Source of the DNA: Candidatus Latescibacterota bacterium
GTDB taxonomy: Bacteria; Latescibacterota; UBA2968; UBA8231
DNA: 64,000 nucleotides
NCBI GenBank assembly: GCA_965206595.1
Contig: OZ242214.1
Coordinates: 5,376,001 to 5,440,000 of the forward strand
Reading direction: 5' to 3'
Positions within the stretch are counted from its first letter, which is position 1, and every line of letters begins with the position of its first letter. The notes beneath the pieces were generated by a model. It did no database searches. It saw only the letters and a list, made by a program, of their open reading frames with translations, and was not told the DNA's origin. Both the position numbers and the translations under genes were made by a program. This document shows, in pieces, positions 21,697 to 34,606 of this stretch.

Positions 21697-22726
21697 TGAA
21701 AGGTACGGGACTGAAGCAGGAGGCGAAGACGACGAAGCAGAGCACCCCGATACGCCGGCGCCGGCGGTCCAGGGGAATGTTGGGATAAAAAGGCGCCGGA
21801 TGATCCCTGCCCAGCAGGGCGAGCAGGAGAACGAGGAGAATCCACCCCGGCCACCCCGGCGGCAACTCCAACATTCTCCAGAAGATACCGTGCAGTCCGA
21901 GCCCCATCAATAAAACGAAGGTGGCGCGGGCGATGTAGCGGTGCCAGGGACCGAAAACGGCGTACGAAACATGGCCGCCGTCCAGCTGGCCGACAGGAAA
22001 CAGGTTGAAAGCCGTGATGAACAGGCCCACCCAGCCGGCAAAGGCGACCGGGCTGAGAAGCACCATGTCGCCGGGCTCGGTCACCGGCGTCAGCCAGGCG
22101 GAGAGGATGGCGAAGATCGGCGGGGCACCAAGCTGCCAGAACGGCTCTGGATTTGCGAACGGGAGCTGCTCGAAATAACCGGCGTCGACGACGCGCGACT
22201 GCGGCAGACCGACGACGCAGGCTGCGAGAGCCACGGCGAAGCCGGCCAGCGGTCCGGAAGCGCCGATATCGAGAAGGGCTCTCTTGTGAGGTATGGGGGA
22301 CCTGATGCGAATCACCGCTCCAAGGGTGCCGAGGAAGGATATGTACGGCAGCGGGATGAAGTACGGCAGCGAGGCTTTTACCCCCCAGCGGCGGGCGGCG
22401 AAATAATGGCCGAACTCGTGGACCGTGAGGATTCCCAGCAAGGTCGCTGCGAAGGGAATGCCCTCGACGAGGTGCACGAGCCGCTCGGGGCCGAAAAAGG
22501 GGTTCACCCCTCTCTGTATCGCTCCGGCCGCGGTCATCGAGAAGAGGGTCAAAAGGAACAGGGCGGCGTGCAGGAGGGGACTGGTGGCAGGGCCCCCGTT
22601 CCTCGGCCCGACGGCGAACACGGAAGACTCACCGGCGCTTCGTTCCCGCACTTTTTCTGATTCGAGGTTGTCATGCCGCGAAGTCGGACGCGGGGCCGGA
22701 AGCCGCTTGCGCCAGAGCTGCATCAC
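21689..22726 (-). CDS. Site-2 protease (M50) intramembrane metalloprotease
   Basis: HEFGH, GASGPLAG, NLFPVGQLDGGH, multiple TM helices. Confidence 0.92.
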   Translation of the reverse strand: MMQLWRKRLPAPRPTSRHDNLESEKVRERSAGESSVFAVGPRNGGPATSPLLHAALFLLTLFSMTAAGAIQRGVNPFFGPERLVHLVEGIPFAATLLGILTVHEFGHYFAARRWGVKASLPYFIPLPYISFLGTLGAVIRIRSPIPHKRALLDIGASGPLAGFAVALAACVVGLPQSRVVDAGYFEQLPFANPEPFWQLGAPPIFAILSAWLTPVTEPGDMVLLSPVAFAGWVGLFITAFNLFPVGQLDGGHVSYAVFGPWHRYIARATFVLLMGLGLHGIFWRMLELPPGWPGWILLVLLLALLGRDHPAPFYPNIPLDRRRRRIGVLCFVVFASCFSPVPFSV

Positions 22727-23655
22727 GGCATCTGTAAGGCGGGAGCGCTCGCTGGCGTCCGCCCGCGGTACAGACTGAGGCGATGCGCCTGACCGAGGCC
22801 GGATGCAAACGGCACGTAGGCGTAATCGAGGCGCCAGGACCGCACCTGCAACCCGAAGCCGGCCGACAACGAACGGCGGGACCCGGTTTGGTAGCCCCCC
22901 CGCAGCAGAAGGGTGGCCGACAGCGGCAACTCGACACCGCCGTGAAAGCTGGAACCGTACCCCTGTGCCAGCTGGACTTCGAGCAGGGCAATCCGGCTTG
23001 CCATCGGTTCGAAGGGTCTCCCGAAGCAGCTGCAGGCGAGGGCGAGGCGCAGCTGGCCCGGCAGCTTCGTGGAATCGTTCGCAAGGGGATTCAAGGCGCC
23101 GAAATTCCGCACCGAGCTGCCGACGCGAAGGTGGTCACCCAGCCGATACAGAAACCCGAAATCGACGGCCGCACCTAGCGCCGATTCGGTATGAATCGAT
23201 TGCCGAATCAGTTTCCCGGCTGCTCCTATCTGCAGGTTTTCCGTCGATCGCCGGCCGTACCCCAGGCCGAGGGCCCACTCGTACACCCCGAATTCACCGA
23301 GCGACTCGCTGCTGGGCCCCACGCGTCGCTCCAGCCCCCCGGTCTGCGAAAGCGACAGCTGGACCGACAGAATACCGGCGCCAAGCGGCTGCAGGGCGGT
23401 TGCGTACTCGTGCCGTACGTCCTGAATCCAGCTGCTGTGCGTCACCCCGAGGCGACCACGCGCGGCGCTGACTGCGGCGGGGTTGGCCGCGGCGGCATCG
23501 ATGTCGGCAAGTGCCGCGGCGGCTTCCCCGAGGGCGGTCGCGCGGGCCCCGGAGCCGAGCAGCAGGAAAGGCAGCCCGGATGCCCCGGCGCCCGCAGTCC
23601 AGGAAAGCAGAAGGGCGGCGACCGCAATGCGCGCGTTCGCCGTCGCGGGAGCCAT
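22723..23655 (-). CDS. PorV/PorQ (UPF0164)-family outer-membrane beta-barrel
   Basis: Signal peptide; FL.LG.GARATALGEA...NPA N-motif; alternating beta strands; LDYAYVP...LG..HRLSL. Confidence 0.8.
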   Translation of the reverse strand: MAPATANARIAVAALLLSWTAGAGASGLPFLLLGSGARATALGEAAAALADIDAAAANPAAVSAARGRLGVTHSSWIQDVRHEYATALQPLGAGILSVQLSLSQTGGLERRVGPSSESLGEFGVYEWALGLGYGRRSTENLQIGAAGKLIRQSIHTESALGAAVDFGFLYRLGDHLRVGSSVRNFGALNPLANDSTKLPGQLRLALACSCFGRPFEPMASRIALLEVQLAQGYGSSFHGGVELPLSATLLLRGGYQTGSRRSLSAGFGLQVRSWRLDYAYVPFASGLGQAHRLSLYRGRTPASAPALQMP

Positions 23656-24608
23656 CAGAACGCGGCTCCCACCCCGAACAGGGTGCGCGGGCCGGCATCG
23701 AGGTTATCGCCGACGTAGGCGTAATGAAACTGCACGGCGTCGATTCTCATCGGCCGCAGGGTCAGCCCGAATGCCGGCGCCCCTACGATGCCGGCCTCCC
23801 CGATCCGCGCCAGCCCCGCCCTCACCGTCAACAGCGGGTTCACGTTCCACTCGCCCCCCAGACCGGCGAAAGGCGCGATCGTATCGAAGCGGAAATCCGC
23901 GGCTATCAATACCCCCTCGACGGGCATGTGGGCCGCCCCCAGCGACAAGCTGGCCGGGAGATCCTCGGTGCTTCGATTCTTCTGGTCGGAGGCCTTCAGC
24001 ACGGTCCACCGCAGTCTGGAACCGAGTCCTTTCAAGCCGGCTGCCAGCGCTGTTTTCTCCGACAGGGAATAGTGCAGGTGAAGATCGAGCCCCCTTCCCG
24101 TAGCCGTCGAGGCGCCCGTTTGCGGCACCTCGATTCGATGCCGGAGGATCTTCACACCGGCCCCGGCGGAGAGCTTTTCGCCGAGGGGAAAACCCAGGGC
24201 GAAGAAGAAGGCGTTCTCGCTGTCGTCGATGTCGCCGAAAGGATCGCCAGCCCCGGTGCGCGCTTCCAGATTGCCAACCGAGGCATGTATCCAGGCCAGG
24301 CCGAAAGCGAGCCCGCCCCGGCTGTTGAAGGCTGCCGCCAGGCTGTTCCGCTCGCGGCCGAGGCTCAGGCGGTGCAGCGAAGCGGAGGCGGTGAGCCCGA
24401 GGTTGCGGGTGAGTCGCGCCGCGTTCCAATAGATCGCGGATTCGTCGTCGACGACCGCGGAGAATGCATTCCCCATACCCGGGCCGCGGGTGCCGAGCCC
24501 GCCCTCGAGATAGGCTCCAGCGTATTCACCCGATGTGGGGGAGCAGATTGCGGCCAGGATGGCCGCGGTTGCCGCCAGCGGAGGCAGGAGATCGCGCACG
24601 TACGTCAA
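23655..24608 (-). CDS. PorV/PorQ-family outer-membrane beta-barrel
   Basis: YL..GLG.R..GMGNAFSAV.DD..AIYWN.A motif; FHYAY; C-terminal Phe. Confidence 0.82.
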   Translation of the reverse strand: MTYVRDLLPPLAATAAILAAICSPTSGEYAGAYLEGGLGTRGPGMGNAFSAVVDDESAIYWNAARLTRNLGLTASASLHRLSLGRERNSLAAAFNSRGGLAFGLAWIHASVGNLEARTGAGDPFGDIDDSENAFFFALGFPLGEKLSAGAGVKILRHRIEVPQTGASTATGRGLDLHLHYSLSEKTALAAGLKGLGSRLRWTVLKASDQKNRSTEDLPASLSLGAAHMPVEGVLIAADFRFDTIAPFAGLGGEWNVNPLLTVRAGLARIGEAGIVGAPAFGLTLRPMRIDAVQFHYAYVGDNLDAGPRTLFGVGAAF

Positions 24609-26293
24609 TCCAGCACCACCACCTTGCCGAAGGCCAGGTCGCCGTTATCCGTGCTCAGGCGATAGAAGTAGACGCCGTTGGCCACGAGGTCGCCGTCGTC
24701 GTCCCGTCCATCCCAGTTGATGTAGTGATAGCTCTGTCCTGAACGCGGTTCCCTCACGGCGAGTTCGCGCACCAGGCGGCTGGCGAAATCGTAGAGGGAG
24801 ATCGAGACCGCCGCGGGGTTGCGCAGACCGAAGACGATGCGGGTGTGCCCGTCGCGCGAAGGAGCAAACGGGCTCGGAGCGGCGTAGGTGACGGCGCTGT
24901 CGGGATCGGCAACGCCCCCCTGGCCGATGAAGTCTCCCGAATCGAGGGCCCGCGTTTTCAGGGGAAACGCCAGAATCCGCCATTCAATGACGGCGACGGA
25001 TTCGCCGTCCGGGGTGGCGATTGCGGCCTGGGCGAGACCGTTCTCAGCCCCGACCCAGAGCGTCTTCCCTCCCTCTGTGTTCGGCGAAATTTCCACGCCG
25101 ACGAAGGGCTCGCGCAGCTGGTCTCGCGACTGAAGGTCCTCGACTGCGACCGTTTCCCATGTGAAGCCGGCGTCGCCGCTGCGGAGCAGACCGTCGTTGC
25201 TGGCCGCCCAGACCGCGTCCTCGGCGAAGGCGAATCCCCATGCAAACGTCGGCCCGCCCGACTGCCAGGATTCGCCGTCGTCCGCGGTGAAGTTGATGGC
25301 AGCAGTTTCCAGGTTCGTCGGCCCCAGGTTCGCCCCGGCCCAGACGACGCTGCCACCGGGGCGCCGCTGCCTGGCGAGGGCAACCACCCAATTGGCGCTC
25401 AGACTGCCGGCCAGCCGCTCTCCGAACTCGTCGAAGGCGGCCCGGGAGTGCCTCCAGGTGGTTCCTCCATCGAGGCTGCGGGCGACGCCGGCGGAGGTTC
25501 CGATCCAGACCGTGTCGCCGTATGCGAGGGCCGAGAAGGTGCGATGTACGTACAATTGCCGGCCGAGGCTGTCCGCCGCGGCACGGGCTTCCCGTATCCG
25601 TTCGTCGTCGTTGCCGCTGTTGGCCAGGCTGTCGGCGAGGATGCGAAACAACTCCGCGTCGTTGTCTCCTTTGCGGTACACGATTTCACCGGCGCCGTCG
25701 GGAAGGACCCTTTCCCAGGTGCGGCCGGCGTCGCGGGAGCGCACTGAAGAGCCGGCGAAGAAAGCCGCCCATACTGTGTCGCCGTCGAGTGCGAGCCCGA
25801 AACAGGCGTTGTCGACAGGAGTAGCAGGGTCGAGCGCGAAGGAGGGGCGCGAAGGATCGAAGATGGTTTCGTTCGGGATGTGCCGCCACGACATGCCGCC
25901 GTCGATGCTGAAACTGAGGCCGCTGCCCACCTGCGGGGATCTGTCCCGCCCGGCGATTGTCGTGTCGAAGAGGGTGGCTGCCCAGACCGTGTCGCCGGTG
26001 GCGGCCAGGGCGCTCACCCCCCCGCGTCCGAGTCCGTGGGCTTCCGTGAAGGTCACCCAGTCGCTGTCGCGGCTGCCGTTGCTGAGAGCGGGGTCGAGGC
26101 GCGCCAGCCCGCGCTCGGTGGCGATCCACAGGTAGCGGCCGCTCCAGACAATGTCGCCGATTTCGGTGCCGAGAAGGCCGGGAACAGGAGGAACTGCTTC
26201 CTGATGCGGGGTTTGCGGAAGGAGACTGGGTGCTGCCTGAAGGGTAAGCGCCCAGGCCGAAGCGACCGCCAGAGCCGGCAGCAGACTACGCAT
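24605..26293 (-). CDS. Secreted Asp-box beta-propeller protein with FlgD-Ig/T9SS-like C-terminal domain
   Basis: Signal peptide; five SxDxGxTW-like repeats; C-terminal YAAPSPF.P...I.LYD...LVREL...WDGRD..G..VANGVYFYRL...GKVVVL. Confidence 0.82.
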   Translation of the reverse strand: MRSLLPALAVASAWALTLQAAPSLLPQTPHQEAVPPVPGLLGTEIGDIVWSGRYLWIATERGLARLDPALSNGSRDSDWVTFTEAHGLGRGGVSALAATGDTVWAATLFDTTIAGRDRSPQVGSGLSFSIDGGMSWRHIPNETIFDPSRPSFALDPATPVDNACFGLALDGDTVWAAFFAGSSVRSRDAGRTWERVLPDGAGEIVYRKGDNDAELFRILADSLANSGNDDERIREARAAADSLGRQLYVHRTFSALAYGDTVWIGTSAGVARSLDGGTTWRHSRAAFDEFGERLAGSLSANWVVALARQRRPGGSVVWAGANLGPTNLETAAINFTADDGESWQSGGPTFAWGFAFAEDAVWAASNDGLLRSGDAGFTWETVAVEDLQSRDQLREPFVGVEISPNTEGGKTLWVGAENGLAQAAIATPDGESVAVIEWRILAFPLKTRALDSGDFIGQGGVADPDSAVTYAAPSPFAPSRDGHTRIVFGLRNPAAVSISLYDFASRLVRELAVREPRSGQSYHYINWDGRDDDGDLVANGVYFYRLSTDNGDLAFGKVVVLD

Positions 26294-27113
26294 ACTCGGA
26301 GGCGCGCGCTTCGAGGGCTGCGATTGCCTCGCAGCCTATCCCACAGTCTCCTATACGCGGTCCCGACTCTTCCCCGTGGCTGTCAGAGCCGCCTGTCGGC
26401 AAGAGTCCGTAGCGCTTCCCAAGTTGTGAACAATGTTCGATCTGGGCGGGCAGGTGCGACGGATGGAACACCTCGATGCCATCGAGTCCAGAGTCGACAA
26501 GCCTTGTAAGAATCGCCAATGGGCAGTTGTTGCCGGGATGCGCCAGGACGGCGACGCCCCCCAGGCGGTGGACCATGGCAATCACGTCGGAGGCGGGGGA
26601 CCGCGGTTTCGGCACCGCGGCCGGCCGGCGATCGCCGATGTAGCGATTGAAGGCCTCTTCCTTCGAGGCAACGGCCCCGCTTCCCACCATCGCCGCGGCG
26701 ATATGAGGTCTTCCCAGGAGCCCCCGCGTCGCGTGGCGCATCACCTCGTCGACGGTGATGGCGACCCCGAGCTCGTTGAGCCGTTCGACCATGGCGACCC
26801 CGCGCTCGTGACGGCGCCGGCGAAGCAGACCGACGTAATCAGTCAGGACCGGGTGCCTGCGGTGGATGAAGTAGGAGAGCAGATGAACCTCGCGGTCGTC
26901 GACATGGGCGCTCAGCTCGATTCCGGGAATTACCCGGACCCCCGAACGCAGGCCGGCTTCCACGGCTTCTTCGACACCCTCGACGGTATCGTGGTCGGTC
27001 AGGCTGATGGCGCGGACACCGGCTTGTTGCGCCTCCCCGACCGCCTCCGCCGGGGTGCGCAGTCCGTCGGAGCACAGCGAGTGCATGTGGAGGTCGGCGA
27101 GGTTGTAGCTCAC
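26286..27113 (-). CDS. PHP-domain phosphoesterase (TrpH/YciV-like)
   Basis: DLHMHS..SDG, TDHDT, GIELS, GRPHIA, LAHP, TGGSDSHG. Confidence 0.92.
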   Translation of the reverse strand: MSYNLADLHMHSLCSDGLRTPAEAVGEAQQAGVRAISLTDHDTVEGVEEAVEAGLRSGVRVIPGIELSAHVDDREVHLLSYFIHRRHPVLTDYVGLLRRRRHERGVAMVERLNELGVAITVDEVMRHATRGLLGRPHIAAAMVGSGAVASKEEAFNRYIGDRRPAAVPKPRSPASDVIAMVHRLGGVAVLAHPGNNCPLAILTRLVDSGLDGIEVFHPSHLPAQIEHCSQLGKRYGLLPTGGSDSHGEESGPRIGDCGIGCEAIAALEARASEYA

Positions 27114-27407
27114 GGCAGGAAAACGAGGGTGGTGGACCGGCCGGCGTTGCCCGGCGGTCCCGGAAAAGGATCGAAGTCGAGTGGGAAGATAGCGAAATCG
27201 AGGGTCGGTTGCCCGTCAGTTGGGCGCGAAGATCCAGGTAACTGCTGCCGGCTTTCCCCGTGAACGAGGGGCTGCCGTAGGCACCATGCCGCCGGGACCG
27301 GTGTTCTGGTTGCCGGCGTACATGTAACGTCATGGACGTGCAGAGGGGCGCCGGGTTCCAACGGGGGCCGGAAACCGCACGGGATGGTATGGCCCTTGGG
27401 AAGGTGA

Positions 27408-27686
27408 TCAGAGATAGTTGAGCCCAAGCTCCGCAACGAGATCGCGGGTGCCGCCATCGAGCAATGCACAGATCAGAGCGAAACCGAAATCCCTCTCCAG
27501 CTCATTGGCGTACTTCATCTGCTCGTCGCGAAAGTTGAGCCGCTGAAATCCGAGAACCGTGTCTTTGAAGCGATCTGGAGATTCGTAGATGACAACCTGG
27601 GCAAGCTCGGTGTTGGCGAGCGCATCGCTAACGAATTCGACGCCGAAAATCTCCTCGAGGGCAGAGCGCAGTTGACGGTGGAGCAT
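27408..27686 (-). CDS. Small hypothetical protein (92 aa)
   Basis: ATG-started ORF with protein-like composition, co-oriented with its neighbours. Confidence 0.6.
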   Translation of the reverse strand: MLHRQLRSALEEIFGVEFVSDALANTELAQVVIYESPDRFKDTVLGFQRLNFRDEQMKYANELERDFGFALICALLDGGTRDLVAELGLNYL

Positions 27687-27920
27687 GCCGGGATATCTGT
27701 GAAAAACAACACCTAGAATGGGTAGACTTCATCGAGCTTTCGGCGCAATCGGATGGCGGTCTCCGAAGCCCGGTTCAGCACGATCTCGATCACGGGGCGC
27801 CGCAACCAGATCAAGACGATCAAACCCGTATCAAGAGGAACCTGCCGTGTTTCCAGGCGCAGCACCAAGGCCGCTGAGATAAGGTTCTTTATCAAGATCA
27901 AGGGTGCCGGGCGGGAAACA

Positions 27921-28910
27921 CTAGTTCGCGAAATAGGGGGTGATCGCCTGTTCAATGCGGTCCCTGATCGGCGCGGAACTGGTCTCGGCCGCGAATGGCT
28001 GGCCAGTAACGCGCTCGAAAAGATCGATGTAGCGCTCGGCGACCTGCACCCTGATGTCGTTGTCCAGGTCGGGAATGTTGTCGTCGCAGATACCCTTTTC
28101 CTTGAGCCACAGCCGTAGGAACTCCTTGTCGAGGCTCTCCGGTTCCTCGCCGCGCTGGTGACGCTCTGGGTAGGTTTCGGCGATCCAGTAGCGAGACGAA
28201 TCGGGAGTATGGATTTCGTCCGCCACTGCGATATCACCCCTGGAATTGAACCCTAGCTCGTATTTCGTGTCGACGAGAATCAGCCCTTGCTCCGCGGCCA
28301 GCTTGGAGCCGCGGGCGAAGAGGGCGAGGGCGATGCGCTCGATCTCCCGCCAGGTGTCGGGCTCGACGAGACCGCGTTGGACGATCTGCTCGGGGGAGAT
28401 GGACTCGTCGTGATCCTCGGACTTCGTTGTCGGCGTGATGATCGGCGCTTCGAAAGGCTGGTTTTTCACCATCCCGTCGGGAAGGCGCAAACCGCAAAAG
28501 TCGCGGACTCCTCTGTTGTAGTGCGTCCAGACGGAGGTTTCCGTGCTGCCTGTAAGGTAGGCTCGCACCACCACTTCGACCGGAATCATCGCCAGCTCTT
28601 CGGCCACGGTGACGTTGTCGTCGGGAACGTCGATCACCTGATTCGGCGCGATGTCGCTAGTCCGGTCGAACCAGTGTTTGGCGATGCGATTCAGCACCTG
28701 CCCCTTGAGCGGAATGGTGCCGAGAACATGATCGAATGCGCTCTGGCGATCCGTGGTGATCAGAATGCGTTTGTCCTCGAGCAGGTACATGTCGCGGACC
28801 TTGCCCTGCTTGTAACAGGATTCCCAGCGTTCGAAGCGGGCGTCCTGAAGGCAGTTGTCGAGCTGATCGTACAGTTTCTCGCGGGGGATCATCGGTGTGA
28901 GCTCCGCCAT
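27921..28910 (-). CDS. purC: SAICAR synthase
   Basis: GKVRD.Y, TDRQSAFD, IP.KGQVLN, EVVVRAYLTGS, TPTTK, DTKYELG, DEIHTPDSSRYW. Confidence 0.96.
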   Translation of the reverse strand: MAELTPMIPREKLYDQLDNCLQDARFERWESCYKQGKVRDMYLLEDKRILITTDRQSAFDHVLGTIPLKGQVLNRIAKHWFDRTSDIAPNQVIDVPDDNVTVAEELAMIPVEVVVRAYLTGSTETSVWTHYNRGVRDFCGLRLPDGMVKNQPFEAPIITPTTKSEDHDESISPEQIVQRGLVEPDTWREIERIALALFARGSKLAAEQGLILVDTKYELGFNSRGDIAVADEIHTPDSSRYWIAETYPERHQRGEEPESLDKEFLRLWLKEKGICDDNIPDLDNDIRVQVAERYIDLFERVTGQPFAAETSSAPIRDRIEQAITPYFAN

Positions 28911-28992
28911 GGGAGGGCTTGGGATCGAGTTTGACGGCGGGAAGGTGCGGCGAACGGCTGCCTTGGGTGGGTGACAGCCTCAAGGCAGATGA

Positions 28993-29020
28993 AAGGTACT
29001 GATACCGCAAATAGCGTCAA
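28993..29020 (-). promoter_or_regulatory. Putative sigma70 promoter for purC
   Basis: TTGACG-N16-TACCTT. Confidence 0.45.
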
Positions 29021-29056
29021 ACCCGCTCGGGAGACTTGCCCGGCCCAATCGCTATC

Positions 29057-29085
29057 TTGATTTTAGTCCTGATCAGGCGTACGTT
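29057..29085 (+). promoter_or_regulatory. Putative sigma70 promoter for the divergent lipoprotein gene
   Basis: TTGATT-N17-TACGTT; spacer contains the palindrome CCTGATCAGG. Confidence 0.4.
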
Positions 29086-29203
29086 ACGGCCGAAATTTGC
29101 TGACTGACGGGTGTTCGACAGCTGTTGGACCCGGTCGGAGAGTGCGCGCGGCTGCGCGCGTGTTTCGCCTCATACTATGAATACCTCAACCGGGAGGTTG
29201 CCG

Positions 29204-29692
29204 ATGTTTCGGGGGCTAGCGGCATGCGCATTGGTTCTGGGTCTTTGGGGATGCAGTGACGAGGCTCAAATCGCGGAGTTGACGACGTACGTCAAGGCGA
29301 TCCAGAAGTTCCATCCATACAACGAGAAGGTTCAGTATTTTCTCTCCAACCTGGACGACCCCTCATTCGATCTCAACGAACAGCACGTCGTTGATGCCCG
29401 CCAGCTGCTCGAGGATTACGCGGCCGTAGTGAACAGCGTGGAAGATCCCGACGATAACACCCTGCGCCACTCACACGGTCTGTACAAACGTTCGTTCAAC
29501 GACGCGCGGCGGTTGGCGCAGGATCGCACCGGTGACCTCAGGAGGCAGGCTCATTCGGTCGCCATCGGCTTCCGAAACTTGCGTCGCGACATCGCTGATC
29601 GCTTCTACCCTTCGATCGAAGTGCTGCTGGCGCGCAAGGGTCTGGATCACGAGGACGAATACGCCTTGGTCTGGCCGTTCCCGAATAATTAG
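29204..29692 (+). CDS. Hypothetical alpha-helical lipoprotein
   Basis: GGAGG RBS, ATG 29204, lipobox LWGC. Confidence 0.7.
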   Translation: MFRGLAACALVLGLWGCSDEAQIAELTTYVKAIQKFHPYNEKVQYFLSNLDDPSFDLNEQHVVDARQLLEDYAAVVNSVEDPDDNTLRHSHGLYKRSFNDARRLAQDRTGDLRRQAHSVAIGFRNLRRDIADRFYPSIEVLLARKGLDHEDEYALVWPFPNN

Positions 29693-29808
29693 AATCGGAG
29701 GACGCTGGCCGAGCCGCTCAAGCGGCCTCGCAGCAGCGGCATGACGGAGTCGGCGGCGGGGTTTGTTTACTCGGGCCTTCGTTCCTGAGCGATCACGATC
29801 GGGATCGC

Positions 29809-31287
29809 TCAGGAACGAAGGCCTTTTTGTATAATCCATGGCTGCAGCGCCGACAGAATTCCCGTGTAAAGGAACCCGGTCTGAAACAGTAGCAGAAAGG
29901 GAATTCCGAAGTACAGGCCGACGGTCCACGCCTCCTGAAGGATGGAGGCAAAGTAGACGGCCATCGACATTTCGAGGCCTGCCATCAACGTCTTTGCCCC
30001 GACGTATTTTCCTCCCGGGGTCCGCTTTTTCTCGACGCCGTATTTGGGAGTGCGCCGGAAAGAGCTCTGGTGTCCGACCAGGGCCTCCAGTACCGCGCGT
30101 GCGTTGTTGATGCAGAGGCTGATTCCGACCGCCATGAGCGCCGGCAAGAACTTTATCTGCTTTTTCCAGTCGACGTACAGCGCTTTCTGCGAGACCAGGT
30201 AAAACCCGGAGATCGCCATGGTCGCCATCGAAAACAAAGGCAGGTCGATGATGAACATGCGATGGCGCCAGTCGAGTTCGGCGCGAATCTCGAACACAGG
30301 CAGCATCAGGACGGCCATCGCCAGCATCAGCAGGTAGGTGCTGTTGGCGGTAAGGTGAAAGGTGGCCTCGATCTTGACGGCGAGAGGAAAGGGACTGCGC
30401 CAGACCCGGGGCAGGATTTTTCTCGCCGTCTGCACTGCCCCCTTGGTCCAGCGGTGCTGCTGGGACTTGAAGGCATTGATCTCGACGGGGAGCTCCGCGG
30501 GAACCTCGACTTCGGGCAGGAACAGGAACTTCCACCCCGCCAGCTGGGCGCGATAGCTCAGGTCGAGGTCCTCAGTCAGCGTGTCGTGCTCCCAGCCTCC
30601 TGCATCGAGGATGCTGCGCTTTCTCCAGATTCCGGCGGTGCCGTTGAAATTGAAGAAGCGGCCCGAGCGATTGCGGGCGGTGTGCTCGATGACGAGGTGG
30701 CCGTCGAGAAAGATCGACTGGATCCGGGTAAGCAGGGAGTATTCGCGGTTCAAATGCCCCCAGCGCATCTGAACCATGCCGATCTCCTGGTCGGTGAAGT
30801 AGTGTATGGTGCGCTGCAGCAGGTCCGGCCCGGGGACGAAGTCGGCGTCGAGAACGAGGATGAAGTCGTACTCGGTGCGCTCGAGACCGGCGGCGAGGGC
30901 TCCTGCCTTGAATCCTGCCCGAGAATCCCGGTGGAGGTATTCGATATTCAACCCCCCGGCGGCCAACTGCTCCACCGCCCGGCGGGCGCGCTCCTGGGTT
31001 TCGTCGATGGAGTCGTCGAGAACCTGGACCTGCAGCCTGTCCCGGGGATAGTCGAGTTGTCCGACCGCGGTGAGCAGGCGGTCGACGACGTGGTACTCGT
31101 TGTAGAGCGGCAGCTGTACGGTCACACCGGGAAGCTCTGAAAAACGGGAGGGCGGCGCTGTGGAATCGCCGCGATGCTTGAAGTACAGCCTGAGCATGAA
31201 CCAGCGGTGAAAGCCGTAGAGGCTGAGCACTGCCACGATGAGGCAATAAAGGGAGAGGCAGGCAATCTGCCAGCTGTCGAGGCTCAT
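29809..31287 (-). CDS. Membrane GT2 glycosyltransferase (cellulose-synthase-like)
   Basis: QLPLYNE, LDDS, KAGAL, DADF, TEDLDLS, QQHRW (D,D,D,QxxRW); flanking TM helices. Confidence 0.92.
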   Translation of the reverse strand: MSLDSWQIACLSLYCLIVAVLSLYGFHRWFMLRLYFKHRGDSTAPPSRFSELPGVTVQLPLYNEYHVVDRLLTAVGQLDYPRDRLQVQVLDDSIDETQERARRAVEQLAAGGLNIEYLHRDSRAGFKAGALAAGLERTEYDFILVLDADFVPGPDLLQRTIHYFTDQEIGMVQMRWGHLNREYSLLTRIQSIFLDGHLVIEHTARNRSGRFFNFNGTAGIWRKRSILDAGGWEHDTLTEDLDLSYRAQLAGWKFLFLPEVEVPAELPVEINAFKSQQHRWTKGAVQTARKILPRVWRSPFPLAVKIEATFHLTANSTYLLMLAMAVLMLPVFEIRAELDWRHRMFIIDLPLFSMATMAISGFYLVSQKALYVDWKKQIKFLPALMAVGISLCINNARAVLEALVGHQSSFRRTPKYGVEKKRTPGGKYVGAKTLMAGLEMSMAVYFASILQEAWTVGLYFGIPFLLLFQTGFLYTGILSALQPWIIQKGLRS

Positions 31288-31309
31288 ATGGCGGCGGGAA
31301 ATGGAGGAA

Positions 31310-34606
<3,297 letters not shown>

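Noticed and set aside
27114-27407. Structured RNA in the long intergenic region upstream of the PHP gene (likewise 15509-15834)
   Set aside because: Only short GC-rich stems compatible with chance; no recognised motif or strand-biased G-U pattern.
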